Virus record (IMG/VR): IMGVR_UViG_3300027651_000001
Location: 1 to 41,175 of that record
Length of the DNA: 41,175 nucleotides
Strand: one strand, 5' to 3'
Source of the DNA: a virus
This document shows positions 34,701 to 41,145 of the stretch, piece after piece. The notes below the pieces were generated by a model. The model did no database searches. It saw nothing but the letters and a program-made list of their open reading frames with translations, and had not been told where the DNA came from. A program made the translations under genes and the position numbers. Each line of letters opens with the position of its first letter. Within the stretch, counting starts at the first letter, position 1.

Positions 34701-35870
34701 CGGTTCCGGCGAGGCCACCAGGTCAGCAGGCGTCTCTGCGGCGTCCTGAATGACCTCGGTCGCCTTCCTAAAAGCCGCTCTCTCCGGTAGGGTGCCGTGG
34801 AGGGCCGCGAGGCTGCCGAGGACCGTTGAGACGACGCCCTGGGTGGTCTGGGCGATGTCTTTGTTCTTCACGCCTTCGTAGATCTGGGGCACTCCGCTGG
34901 AGAGTTGAGAAGTAGCGAACGCGCCGGAGACGATGCGGGGCGCGGCCTTCGCTGCTCGGGCCACGACGCTGCCTTCTTTGGCCGCTGCTCCCACCCCTTT
35001 AAGGACGGTCCCGAGCCCGGCCGTCTCCCAAGAGAGAGGATCGACCAGCAGTTCCCCGGCCAGGTTTATCAGGGCGTCGCCTGCCTGCCCGACAGGGGAG
35101 AGACGCTTCGCGGACTGCTGATTACTGGCCTGCTTCATCGGTTGGGCAAGGGCGTTGGCCGGTTGCCCGTGGAGCGCGGCCATGCGCTTGCCGAACGGGA
35201 GCTTCGACACCCTTTCCTGCTCGGCGTAGTCGGTCTGTTCGTCTATCCGGGGGTCGCCGGTCTTGACGAGCGCTCCCGTCCGCCTCCTGATCTCGAACTC
35301 CAGCGGTTGCACCGCCGCCTCCAATGCGTCTTTCTGAGCAGACAGAACCCTGTCGGCCGCGCCCATTGCCCGCTGCAGTTTGTTCGGTGGCGCGGGAGGA
35401 GGTTCGGCTCCGATGGTCGCTCCCGTCGGCCCCCGGTTCTCCATCGCCTGCTGCAATATCGCCGCCTTGCCGACCTCAGAGAAGTTGGGAGCCAGCTTGT
35501 TCAGTGCGTCTAGGCGGGCGGCCCCGCCCGGGATGCCCTGAATCTTCTGCAGGAGCAGGTTCGGGTCGCTCTTATCGTTGGGATCTTTGAGGAATTGATG
35601 GCGGTACACGGTTAGTGCGTTATTCCATGCCGGATCGGGCCGGTTCACGAAGGCGTCATACCGCGCTTCGTCTGCGCTCTGTTTGGGAGGTTGGACGGAC
35701 GCGCGGCTTTTAGAGGGCTTTGGGGAGGATGGGGGAGCGGTGACGCTTGTCTGCTGTTTTGCCCGGTACTGGCTGACGATACCTTCGATGTCGGCGTGGG
35801 TGGGAGGCGTGGGCTTGTCCCACCTCAGACCGAAGGATTTCCCGTCTATCTGCAGCTCGTAGTCTGACAT
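31728..35870 (-). CDS. Giant internal virion / DNA-ejection protein (1380 aa; gp16-like by size and order)
   Basis: ATG at 35870 after GAGGTGA; long helical protein, third in a small-medium-giant series like podovirus core proteins. Confidence 0.5.
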   Translation of the reverse strand: MSDYELQIDGKSFGLRWDKPTPPTHADIEGIVSQYRAKQQTSVTAPPSSPKPSKSRASVQPPKQSADEARYDAFVNRPDPAWNNALTVYRHQFLKDPNDKSDPNLLLQKIQGIPGGAARLDALNKLAPNFSEVGKAAILQQAMENRGPTGATIGAEPPPAPPNKLQRAMGAADRVLSAQKDALEAAVQPLEFEIRRRTGALVKTGDPRIDEQTDYAEQERVSKLPFGKRMAALHGQPANALAQPMKQASNQQSAKRLSPVGQAGDALINLAGELLVDPLSWETAGLGTVLKGVGAAAKEGSVVARAAKAAPRIVSGAFATSQLSSGVPQIYEGVKNKDIAQTTQGVVSTVLGSLAALHGTLPERAAFRKATEVIQDAAETPADLVASPEPTRAATPAGTADAVLPEKPAAKPPTAALPPPEPERTVGRYIPKPGVPLSPEDAARVEAHNKALEERRTFSIVPKEGETAVPKPQTDVISTRGANADVRQDLLDAGLKEYPPAVQKKMRDSMAEAQRTGAATPERALATAQSILEKPRPFTDVEQGANTIARQHIKEGVRGTLAQLEKAQEAGDANQVAVLKAQLKAQESVHQTLADANERGGTEAGRAFALRQQEVFDYDYLGTRRRMVAADPTKPVTPAEDGRVTALTKQLEDTNKAIADRDERIKDLQAQALSTKVSRQAKADAAATGRTAAKGDLTARYDDLVRQIAAKSGQLNIGVDPSVAPLLKELFKIKVQQGILSAKDVIDQIHADTRGALPDAEARDIRDAITGYGEPPKTTRGTLARQMSDLRKQMLLVSKIEDAQSGVQPAQGRRPGKPSADVQALREQLDAAMKSSGLSTPRDPLPAIKTRLQRQIADLEEQLKSGVVPAKSGRTKPAYDTDATGLVEQRNRLQDAIDRMVQAREKPTAFDYLLALQRNFMISRIGTLGKLGAAATARIVVTPVEEIIGAGLGRLPVLKRIAAKAPREGGGVNLAAERDALKATFGAIAKGTTGDISVPNIAADTKAIGKTGKGSLDAIFGSDKVRGANMPAGFQLLGSLHQALKNPALRNEFFRSLQKRSAFAQRQGLDISDPATQMTLGVQAYNDANRMIFKGSNKGVDMFRRAVGAIGSVEGVGPVAATAMQTALPIVKIPVNYAGETYTRIPGVGFITPKMWEAAKAAKAGGIDSLSPEQADEVFRTFKRQGLSAALFALGAFGAIKAGGYYQKGRTPKEGEPGFSEIQVGGANIPHTYLHAPAIESIQMGATYTRYMQENAQHSGDDALSKVGNVAGGIGFGIAEQVPFYEELTTAGRAGESEGAFGRAAGAYVSTITEPGILQEATTGKVPLQGLLPRPLKGDVDDQGKTIARSPRGFREQIKMGVPVLRQQVPQRTQKRRGRR

Positions 35871-35877
35871 CCGCGCT

Positions 35878-37431
35878 TCACCTCGGAGGCAAGTGGTACA
35901 AGTGGTAGCCGGGACCGGAGTCGATAGGCCCCCCGCCCGGTGAGCCGGGGAAGTAGGGCAACTTCGGGTCGATCCGCCGACGCTCGCTCTCTGCCTTGCG
36001 ACTCGCTTCAATGGCCTGCTGGTGGTACTTCTTCGCTTTCTCCACGTCGGCCGCCGCCCGCGCTACATCGTCCCGGCGCCTGAGCAATGCCGCGCGTTGC
36101 TCCTCTGCATTCGTGGTCGTGGGGGCTACGTAGTTCGGATTGGTCACCGAGGGGGACTGGAGTTGACGCTTCGCATAGTCCAGGTACTTCTGCGCTTCGT
36201 GAAGATCGTTCTCCGTGTCCTTCTCCTCCGGGGTCTGGTGATGCATCAAACCCCCGGCGGTTCCCTTTGCGAAGGAGAGATCCTGACCCCGTATCCGGTC
36301 CTGGTGGGCGAGTCCAATCTCCTGCTGCCGCAGCCCGGTCGTCGTCTTGAAGTGCGCGTCTTCCATCGCGAACCGGGAAGCCTCCATCGCAATACGATCC
36401 GCCTCCGCTTGCTTTCTCTGCTCGATCGTGGCTGTCTGGAACTTCGCGGTCTGCGCCGCCTTCCCCTTCTCCAGATCCATCTTCGCCTTCGCATCGGCGG
36501 CAAGGCGCTGTTCCTTATCCAGCGACGCCTGCAGTGTGCCTGCCCGCAGCAGCGTATCGCGTGCGCCCTGGGCCTCTTTTGCCAATATTTCGATCTGCTC
36601 CTTCAAGGCCGCCGCGCGCGCCGCCGCTACGTCCGCATCGTGGTTACCCAGGACGTAAGCCCTCAGATCGCCTGCCGTGCCCTTGATCCGTTCCGCTTCG
36701 TACTGGTCCCGGGAAGCCTCTAGCCTCTGTGCGTGGTCGGCCACGCTGAACTGATTCCTTACCCGGTTGTTTTCGCTTTCGACCTGCGCTTCCGCGTCGA
36801 CGCGCCTGACTTCTTCTTCGTGCTTGAGGAGGGACTGCTGGAGGTCGAACTGGTACTTTTGCTTCCTGGCGGCGGTTTCTCGTCCGGCGGCGTCGATGGC
36901 GCCTGCAAGAGCCGACGCGCCAAATCGTCCTGCCGCCACGGGGGCAAACAATCCGGCGATTCCAGCCCCAAAGCTTGCAATCGCATTTGGGTGAGGTTTA
37001 ACATCCGAGGGCACCTCCGGCAACTGCAACGAGCCGACTTCTCGAAAAGTCGCAAGTTCAGGCGCAGGTAACGGGTGTGCCGCCTCATACTCGGCGAGTT
37101 TGTTCATGGAAACATACTGCTCATGCAGTTCGTTCGCCTTCAACTCCTCCGGCGATATGCGGTTCGCAGCCTTTTGCGCCGCGTCGAAGTACTCCAGCAG
37201 TTGCGCCGAACTGCTGTGCCTTGCCAGGGGGAGAGAGTCTTTGACGGCCTCGTTGATGTAATCCTGTGCAGAGGAGAGGGAGGAGAGAGGACTACTCTGC
37301 CCCCCTCCTGCGGGAGGCGGCATGACCTGTTGCGCCGGTTGGACTCCTGGGGAAACGACGGCAGAGGCCAGCAGGTCGCCGTAGCGCTTGAAGCCCTGGG
37401 ACGGGTTGGAGGAGATCCCTACGTCAGACAT
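35878..37431 (-). CDS. Internal virion / ejection protein (517 aa, coiled-coil rich)
   Basis: ATG at 37431 after GAGGGGTG; Ala/Glu/Lys/Gln-rich coiled-coil. Confidence 0.5.
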   Translation of the reverse strand: MSDVGISSNPSQGFKRYGDLLASAVVSPGVQPAQQVMPPPAGGGQSSPLSSLSSAQDYINEAVKDSLPLARHSSSAQLLEYFDAAQKAANRISPEELKANELHEQYVSMNKLAEYEAAHPLPAPELATFREVGSLQLPEVPSDVKPHPNAIASFGAGIAGLFAPVAAGRFGASALAGAIDAAGRETAARKQKYQFDLQQSLLKHEEEVRRVDAEAQVESENNRVRNQFSVADHAQRLEASRDQYEAERIKGTAGDLRAYVLGNHDADVAAARAAALKEQIEILAKEAQGARDTLLRAGTLQASLDKEQRLAADAKAKMDLEKGKAAQTAKFQTATIEQRKQAEADRIAMEASRFAMEDAHFKTTTGLRQQEIGLAHQDRIRGQDLSFAKGTAGGLMHHQTPEEKDTENDLHEAQKYLDYAKRQLQSPSVTNPNYVAPTTTNAEEQRAALLRRRDDVARAAADVEKAKKYHQQAIEASRKAESERRRIDPKLPYFPGSPGGGPIDSGPGYHLYHLPPR

Positions 37432-37673
37432 TTCAGCACCCCTCGACACTTCGGGCAGATTATCACTGCAGGGTGTTCATAATAGGCAGGCAGTTTGATG
37501 CGATAGGATATCATCGACCAGCATTCACTGCAGCGACTACTCCCCCACATACGCACCCCCTCTGTACTCTCTGAGAACCCTTCGATAGGCGTCACGTTCA
37601 CCATTCCCCGCTTCTGCAGTTCGCTTCTGATCTCTGCGGGAGTGAAATCCAGTTTCAGTGTCTGGCGCGCCAT
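37419..37673 (-). CDS. Zinc-ribbon protein (84 aa)
   Basis: CSECW...CPKCRG. Confidence 0.5.
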   Translation of the reverse strand: MARQTLKLDFTPAEIRSELQKRGMVNVTPIEGFSESTEGVRMWGSSRCSECWSMISYRIKLPAYYEHPAVIICPKCRGVLKCLT

Positions 37674-37676
37674 TGC

Positions 37677-38339
37677 TCAGTACGACCTCCCCATCGCCCA
37701 TCCGCCCAGACCGCCGCCGCCCCACTGGTTCTGCGAAGGAACGGTAACGCCATTGCCCGGCGGCAGCACACTCGAAGTCTGGTCGGGAGTGCTGTTCGAC
37801 TTCCCGCCGTGATGTCCGAACACGCTCCCGAAGTTCACCTGCCCGAGGTTCCCGAACAACTGGTTGAGTCCCGACACAGCCCCGGCCTGTTGAGACCTCG
37901 CAAAGTTCAGTTCGTTGGTCGCCAACCCGTACCCCATCTGAGCCGCCTGCTCACCCGCCTGGTTCTTCTGCGAGAGCAACTCCGACGCGAGCCCGCTACT
38001 GTAACGCGCCTCCGCCCCCGCGTTCGCAGCCGCCTGGTTAGACAGAGCACCCGCTGCACCAGTCGAGTTCCACACGCCAGCACCCGCCAACGCAGACCCG
38101 AGGTTTCGCCCACCTGAAGCCAACGCATTCCCTAACCCTCCTGATAATGTCTCCAGACCGGCCGTCCCGCTCGACAGCAGGTTCAGATACTCCGCGTTGC
38201 TCGACGCCTTGAAGTCCCGTATGGCGTTCTCTGCAGCCACCTGCGCCTTATGCTCCGCGTCGGCACTGGACAGCAGACCGCTGATCCCTCCGAACAGCGA
38301 CAACCCCGTCCCCAACATCCCCAACAACGCATCCGCCAT
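37677..38339 (-). CDS. Gly/Ala/Ser-rich internal virion protein with an N-terminal TM segment (220 aa)
   Basis: MADALLGMLGTGLSLFGGISGLL...; TGATG coupling to the upstream gene; GGAGGTG upstream. Confidence 0.5.
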   Translation of the reverse strand: MADALLGMLGTGLSLFGGISGLLSSADAEHKAQVAAENAIRDFKASSNAEYLNLLSSGTAGLETLSGGLGNALASGGRNLGSALAGAGVWNSTGAAGALSNQAAANAGAEARYSSGLASELLSQKNQAGEQAAQMGYGLATNELNFARSQQAGAVSGLNQLFGNLGQVNFGSVFGHHGGKSNSTPDQTSSVLPPGNGVTVPSQNQWGGGGLGGWAMGRSY

Positions 38340-38548
38340 CAGAACACCTCCGAAGTAAGAACGCACGGCTGAACCCACGCGAAGCGCTTCTTTCCCGCCA
38401 GCGTTCCCACACGAACAGAGATCGGCTCTCCTGTCTTCCAGTGCCTCTTAATCTCCAGCACTTTAACGGGTACCGATCCGGCCTGAACGCCCTTATGGAG
38501 TAGAGCGCACCGCATCTGCTTGCCTCGCTCTATTTCGACTTGCTGCAT
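38339..38548 (-). CDS. First gene of the late operon, hypothetical (69 aa)
   Basis: ATG at 38548 preceded by GGGAGG at 7 nt; the longer 38818 start lies in the regulatory region. Confidence 0.5.
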   Translation of the reverse strand: MQQVEIERGKQMRCALLHKGVQAGSVPVKVLEIKRHWKTGEPISVRVGTLAGKKRFAWVQPCVLTSEVF

Positions 38549-38561
38549 GGCTGTACCTCCC

Positions 38562-38590
38562 TTGACATTATACACCCAGTCTGCCATAAT
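38562..38590 (+). promoter_or_regulatory. Promoter candidate TTGACA-N17-CATAAT; overlaps a - strand TATAAT box (38567-38572)
   Basis: TTGACA at 38562-38567, CATAAT at 38585-38590; the - strand TATAAT lies 18 nt upstream of the late-operon ATG. Confidence 0.45.
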
Positions 38591-38596
38591 CTCCTG

Positions 38597-38667
38597 TCTG
38601 CAAACGCATCCTTTTTCCTTTCTGGGAATTGCCGGGATCTCTACGCACAAGAGATCCCGGCCTTTTT
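38597..38667 (+). ncRNA. Candidate sRNA of about 70 nt (promoter to strong intrinsic terminator)
   Basis: 12-bp stem GCCGGGATCTCT (38631-38642) pairs with AGAGATCCCGGC (38650-38661), then C and TTTTT; no + strand gene lies upstream for it to terminate. Confidence 0.4.
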
Positions 38668-38698
38668 GTCTCGTCGGGGCTTGACAGAGAACATCACC

Positions 38699-38716
38699 CA
38701 ATTCCACAGTTTGGGT
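38699..38716 (+). repeat. CAATTCCACAGTTTGGGT repeat, copy A (short form)
   Basis: The same 18-mer starts the 49-bp repeats at 39137 and 40524. Confidence 0.8.
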
Positions 38717-38727
38717 CTTACCAGAGG

Positions 38728-38747
38728 ATTCAGCGCGTAATTCAGCG
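38728..38747 (+). promoter_or_regulatory. Direct repeat ATTCAGCG twice, 12-bp register (candidate regulator site)
   Basis: ATTCAGCG at 38728-38735 and 38740-38747. Confidence 0.3.
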
Positions 38748-38763
38748 TTTAACTGCCTTGACA

Positions 38764-38801
38764 AACACGGATTCCTTTTTCGCAAGATAGGAATCCGTGT
38801 T
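38764..38801. promoter_or_regulatory. Perfect 13-bp inverted repeat (operator candidate) just upstream of the HTH-gene promoter
   Basis: AACACGGATTCCT (38764-38776), 12-nt spacer, AGGAATCCGTGTT (38789-38801); ends 8 bp before the -35. Confidence 0.5.
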
Positions 38802-38809
38802 GCAGTAGA

Positions 38810-38839
38810 TTGACACAAAGGACTCTAAAGGTGTATAAT
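38810..38839 (+). promoter_or_regulatory. Promoter TTGACA-N18-TATAAT for the HTH/methyltransferase unit
   Basis: TTGACA at 38810-38815, TATAAT at 38834-38839; the ATG at 38868 is preceded by AAGGGGG. Confidence 0.65.
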
Positions 38840-38867
38840 GGAATATCAAAGATAAGGGGGTGCGTAC

Positions 38868-39077
38868 ATGAACCTTTCGGTACAACGGCCGTATGACGGT
38901 CGGCTTCTCTTGCGCGTGCAGGAAGCCGCCGCCGCTCTTGCGGTAGGTAGGAACACACTGCTCGGACTTATCGAGAGAGGGGAACTTCCAACGGTACGGA
39001 TTGGCCGGAGCGTGAGAATACGAGTGTCCGATCTCGAATCGTGGGTTAAGCAATACGCCACCGATACGACGAAATAG
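38868..39077 (+). CDS. Excisionase-family (MerR-like HTH_17) DNA-binding protein (69 aa)
   Basis: LLLRVQEAAAALAVGRNTLLGLIERGELPTVRIGRSVRIRVSDLESWV is the canonical helix-turn-helix excisionase-type pattern. Confidence 0.75.
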   Translation: MNLSVQRPYDGRLLLRVQEAAAALAVGRNTLLGLIERGELPTVRIGRSVRIRVSDLESWVKQYATDTTK

Positions 39078-39100
39078 ACTGCTCCGTCTTCAGTTTGCCA

Positions 39101-39127
39101 AGAGTGCCAACAATTCGTTGGCACTCT
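39101..39127 (+). other. 11-bp-stem hairpin after the HTH gene (no U-tract)
   Basis: AGAGTGCCAAC, loop AATTC, GTTGGCACTCT. Confidence 0.4.
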
Positions 39128-39136
39128 ACCACTGCT

Positions 39137-39185
39137 CAATTCCACAGTTTGGGTTCTCGCAGAGCAACGCGCTCCTGATCCCGGC
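39137..39185 (+). repeat. 49-bp direct repeat, left copy, flanking the methyltransferase cassette
   Basis: CAATTCCACAGTTTGGGTTCTCGCAGAGCAACGCGCTCCTGATCCCGGC; 47/49 identical to 40524-40572. Confidence 0.9.
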
Positions 39186-39198
39186 CTTTTTTGTCTCG

Positions 39199-39236
39199 TT
39201 TGTCTACTTGTCACACGGGACTCTCTATGATACAAT
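39199..39236 (+). promoter_or_regulatory. Promoter TTGTCA-N17-TACAAT immediately preceded by the TTTGTCTAC motif
   Basis: TTTGTCTAC at 39199-39207, TTGTCA at 39208-39213, TACAAT at 39231-39236. Confidence 0.6.
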
Positions 39237-39265
39237 CAGGCAACCGACTGGGAGGTGACGACGTG

Positions 39266-40516
39266 ATGAGTCCGAAACTGGATCTGCATACCGGCGATGT
39301 GTTGGAGTGGTGCCGAGAGTACGACGGCGAACCGTTCCATGCCCTTCTTTGCGATCCGCCCTATGAACTCTCCTTCATGGGCAACAAATGGGACTCAACT
39401 GGAATCGTGTTCCGCCCGGATACGTGGGCAGCCCTTGCCGAGCATCTGTACCCCGGCGCATTCCTGTTCGCGTTCTGCGGGAGTCGTGGCTGGCACCGTC
39501 AGGCGGTCGCGATGGAGGACGCCGGTTTGATAATGCATCCCTCGCTTTTCGGATGGGGATTCGGCAGCGGATTCCCCAAAGCGACTCGCGTGCCTGACGA
39601 GCGGTTCGCCGGACACCGCTACGGCGCGCAGGCGATGAAACCAGCCCTGGAACCGATCCTCCTGTTTCAGAAGCCGTATTCCGGTCGGCCCGTTGACTGC
39701 ATCACCAGCACCGGGGCCGGAGCGTTGAACGTGGACGCGGGACGGATCGGAAGCGCCGCCGTTCGGACGAACGGCGGCAAGAAGTTCCCGGCTCTCTACG
39801 GCACCTATGCCGACTGTCCCGAGTCCGTTCACTCAGGAAGGTGGCCCGCAAATCTCCTTTTGGATGAGCACGGCGCGGCGATCCTTGACGCTCAGAGCGG
39901 GATAACAAAGAGTGCGACCCGAACCGGCCGTCGCTCAGGCAAGAGCGACGGCCGGTTCGGGGAGTTCCAGGGACAGGAAGGCGTTGAAATGGGCCATTCC
40001 GACAAAGGAGGCTCGTCCCGCTTTTTCTTCAGATCCAACTGGAACGCGGAAGTTGCAGAGGGTCTTGAGTGTGCCGACGGGCTGTTCTACTGTGCGAAGG
40101 CGGGACGAGGGGAGCGGGACGCCGGGCTTGAGAACCACCCCCAAGCGCTCAGGAATATGATCGAGTCGAACCCCGACTTCCTGACAGGCTCAGGGAAGCC
40201 GCAAGCGGATTCCCTGAGCGCCAACACTCACCCGACCATAAAGCCCCTTCGCCTGACACGCTATCTCGCATCCCTCCTCCTGCCGCCGGACGCCTACGCT
40301 CCCCGTCGTATCCTCGTTCCGTTCGCCGGGGTCGGGTCGGAGTGCATCGGCGCTGCGCTGGCCGGTTGGGAGCAGATTGTCGGGATTGAGCAGAGCGCCC
40401 AGTACTGCGCTATCGCCCGATGGCGCTTCGATTGGTGGAACGGAAACACGGGACTGTTCGAGTCCCTCACGCAAGAGGACGAACCCGAGCCACAGCAGTT
40501 CGATCTCTTCGCATAG
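39266..40516 (+). CDS. Beta-class N6-adenine/N4-cytosine DNA methyltransferase (DPPY)
   Basis: Motif IV LLCDPPYE near the N-terminus, HPTIKP, motif I VPFAGVGSE near the C-terminus (order IV then I); GGAGGTG upstream; a GTG at 39263 is an alternative start. Confidence 0.85.
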   Translation: MSPKLDLHTGDVLEWCREYDGEPFHALLCDPPYELSFMGNKWDSTGIVFRPDTWAALAEHLYPGAFLFAFCGSRGWHRQAVAMEDAGLIMHPSLFGWGFGSGFPKATRVPDERFAGHRYGAQAMKPALEPILLFQKPYSGRPVDCITSTGAGALNVDAGRIGSAAVRTNGGKKFPALYGTYADCPESVHSGRWPANLLLDEHGAAILDAQSGITKSATRTGRRSGKSDGRFGEFQGQEGVEMGHSDKGGSSRFFFRSNWNAEVAEGLECADGLFYCAKAGRGERDAGLENHPQALRNMIESNPDFLTGSGKPQADSLSANTHPTIKPLRLTRYLASLLLPPDAYAPRRILVPFAGVGSECIGAALAGWEQIVGIEQSAQYCAIARWRFDWWNGNTGLFESLTQEDEPEPQQFDLFA

Positions 40517-40523
40517 ATCCTTC

Positions 40524-40572
40524 CAATTCCACAGTTTGGGTTCTCGTAGAGCAACGCGCACCTGATCCCGGC
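40524..40572 (+). repeat. 49-bp direct repeat, right copy
   Basis: Starts 8 nt after the methyltransferase stop; two mismatches to the left copy. Confidence 0.9.
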
Positions 40573-40607
40573 GCACTACCCCCACCCCACCCCTCCCGCC
40601 AACGTCT

Positions 40608-40707
40608 CCCCCCCCCTCTCTCGATCGAACTCTTGATAATGGGGATTGTAGAGAGTTGGACGGTTGTCTGCGTAGACATGCGTGCTCACCCGACCCCCCC
40701 CTCTCTC
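40608..40707 (+). repeat. Two C8-9 TCTCTC polypyrimidine tracts 86 bp apart, with a TGTCT-GCGT-AGACA inverted repeat between them
   Basis: CCCCCCCCCTCTCTC at 40608-40622; CCCCCCCCTCTCTC at 40694-40707; inverted repeat at 40665-40678. Confidence 0.8.
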
Positions 40708-40742
40708 CTCATTGCTCTCCAGCCTCTCCTCATGCGCCCGCC

Positions 40743-40795
40743 CGCGCACGTTATATATGTTTGCGCGCGCGGGACGCGCGTATACATATTGTTTC
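40743..40795. other. Alternating purine-pyrimidine (CG/TA) island with two GCGC..TATA.ATGTTT-like units; ori/pac candidate
   Basis: CGCGCACGTTATATATGTTTGCGCGCGCGGGACGCGCGTATACATATTGTTTC. Confidence 0.3.
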
Positions 40796-40808
40796 CACTC
40801 CCAAACAG

Positions 40809-40866
40809 GTAGACAAACAGGTAGACGAAAGGTGCAACGCGTTGCACCTTTTCGGTGATTGAGTGT
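40809..40866 (+). terminator. Terminator module: GTAGACAAA and GTAGACGAA repeats, palindromic hairpin, TTTTCGGTGA
   Basis: Palindrome AAAGGTGCAACGCGTTGCACCTTT at 40828-40851 plus a T-run; paralog of 17401-17458 with compensatory stem changes. Confidence 0.65.
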
Positions 40867-40947
40867 GAATAAGAATGAATAGGTGATAGTTAAGGGAGAG
40901 CGAACAACGAGATTGGGGAGGGGTCAGGCGTACGCGCGCAGGAGGGC

Positions 40948-41008
40948 TTAAAAATTTTGAAAATAAATCATTTGTCTACTGTTATTTTTGAACAGGGTAT
41001 GCGATAAT
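40948..41008 (+). promoter_or_regulatory. Early promoter candidate: AT-rich UP-like tract, TTTGTCTAC, extended -10 TGCGATAAT
   Basis: AAAAATTTTGAAAATAAATCA at 40950-40970; TTTGTCTAC at 40971-40979; 23 nt; GATAAT at 41003-41008 preceded by TGC. Confidence 0.5.
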
Positions 41009-41032
41009 GTAGGTGTGATGTGAAGGGCAACT

Positions 41033-41077
41033 TTAATCGCACCCGCCACGGACGGCAGGGAATGCCTGAAAGCCCCC
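41033..41077 (+). repeat. 45-nt leader repeat, copy B
   Basis: 44/45 identical to 345-389; lies in the leader of the first early gene (across the circular junction). Confidence 0.85.
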
Positions 41078-41145
41078 TACCCCTCCCAACCGGCGTGAGG
41101 CTGCAGGTTTCGCCAACCTGCGAGGGGTATCGTGGAGCCTGCGGG

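Noticed and set aside
35871-36011. 47-codon N-terminal extension of the 1380-aa protein (ORF track start at 36011). Similar long-start versions are 38818 for the first late gene, 31238 for the ATP-grasp gene and 7810 for the PP-loop gene.
   Set aside because: The extensions overlap upstream genes or regulatory DNA and lack an RBS. Internal starts with good Shine-Dalgarno boxes and stop/start coupling (ATGA, GTGA, TGATG) are preferred.
39101-39127. GCCAAC...GTTGGC hairpin as an integron attC-like site for the bracketed cassettes
   Set aside because: It is only 27 nt and perfectly paired, without extrahelical bases. It does not fit the RYYYAAC/GTTRRRY pattern exactly, and no integron integrase is present.
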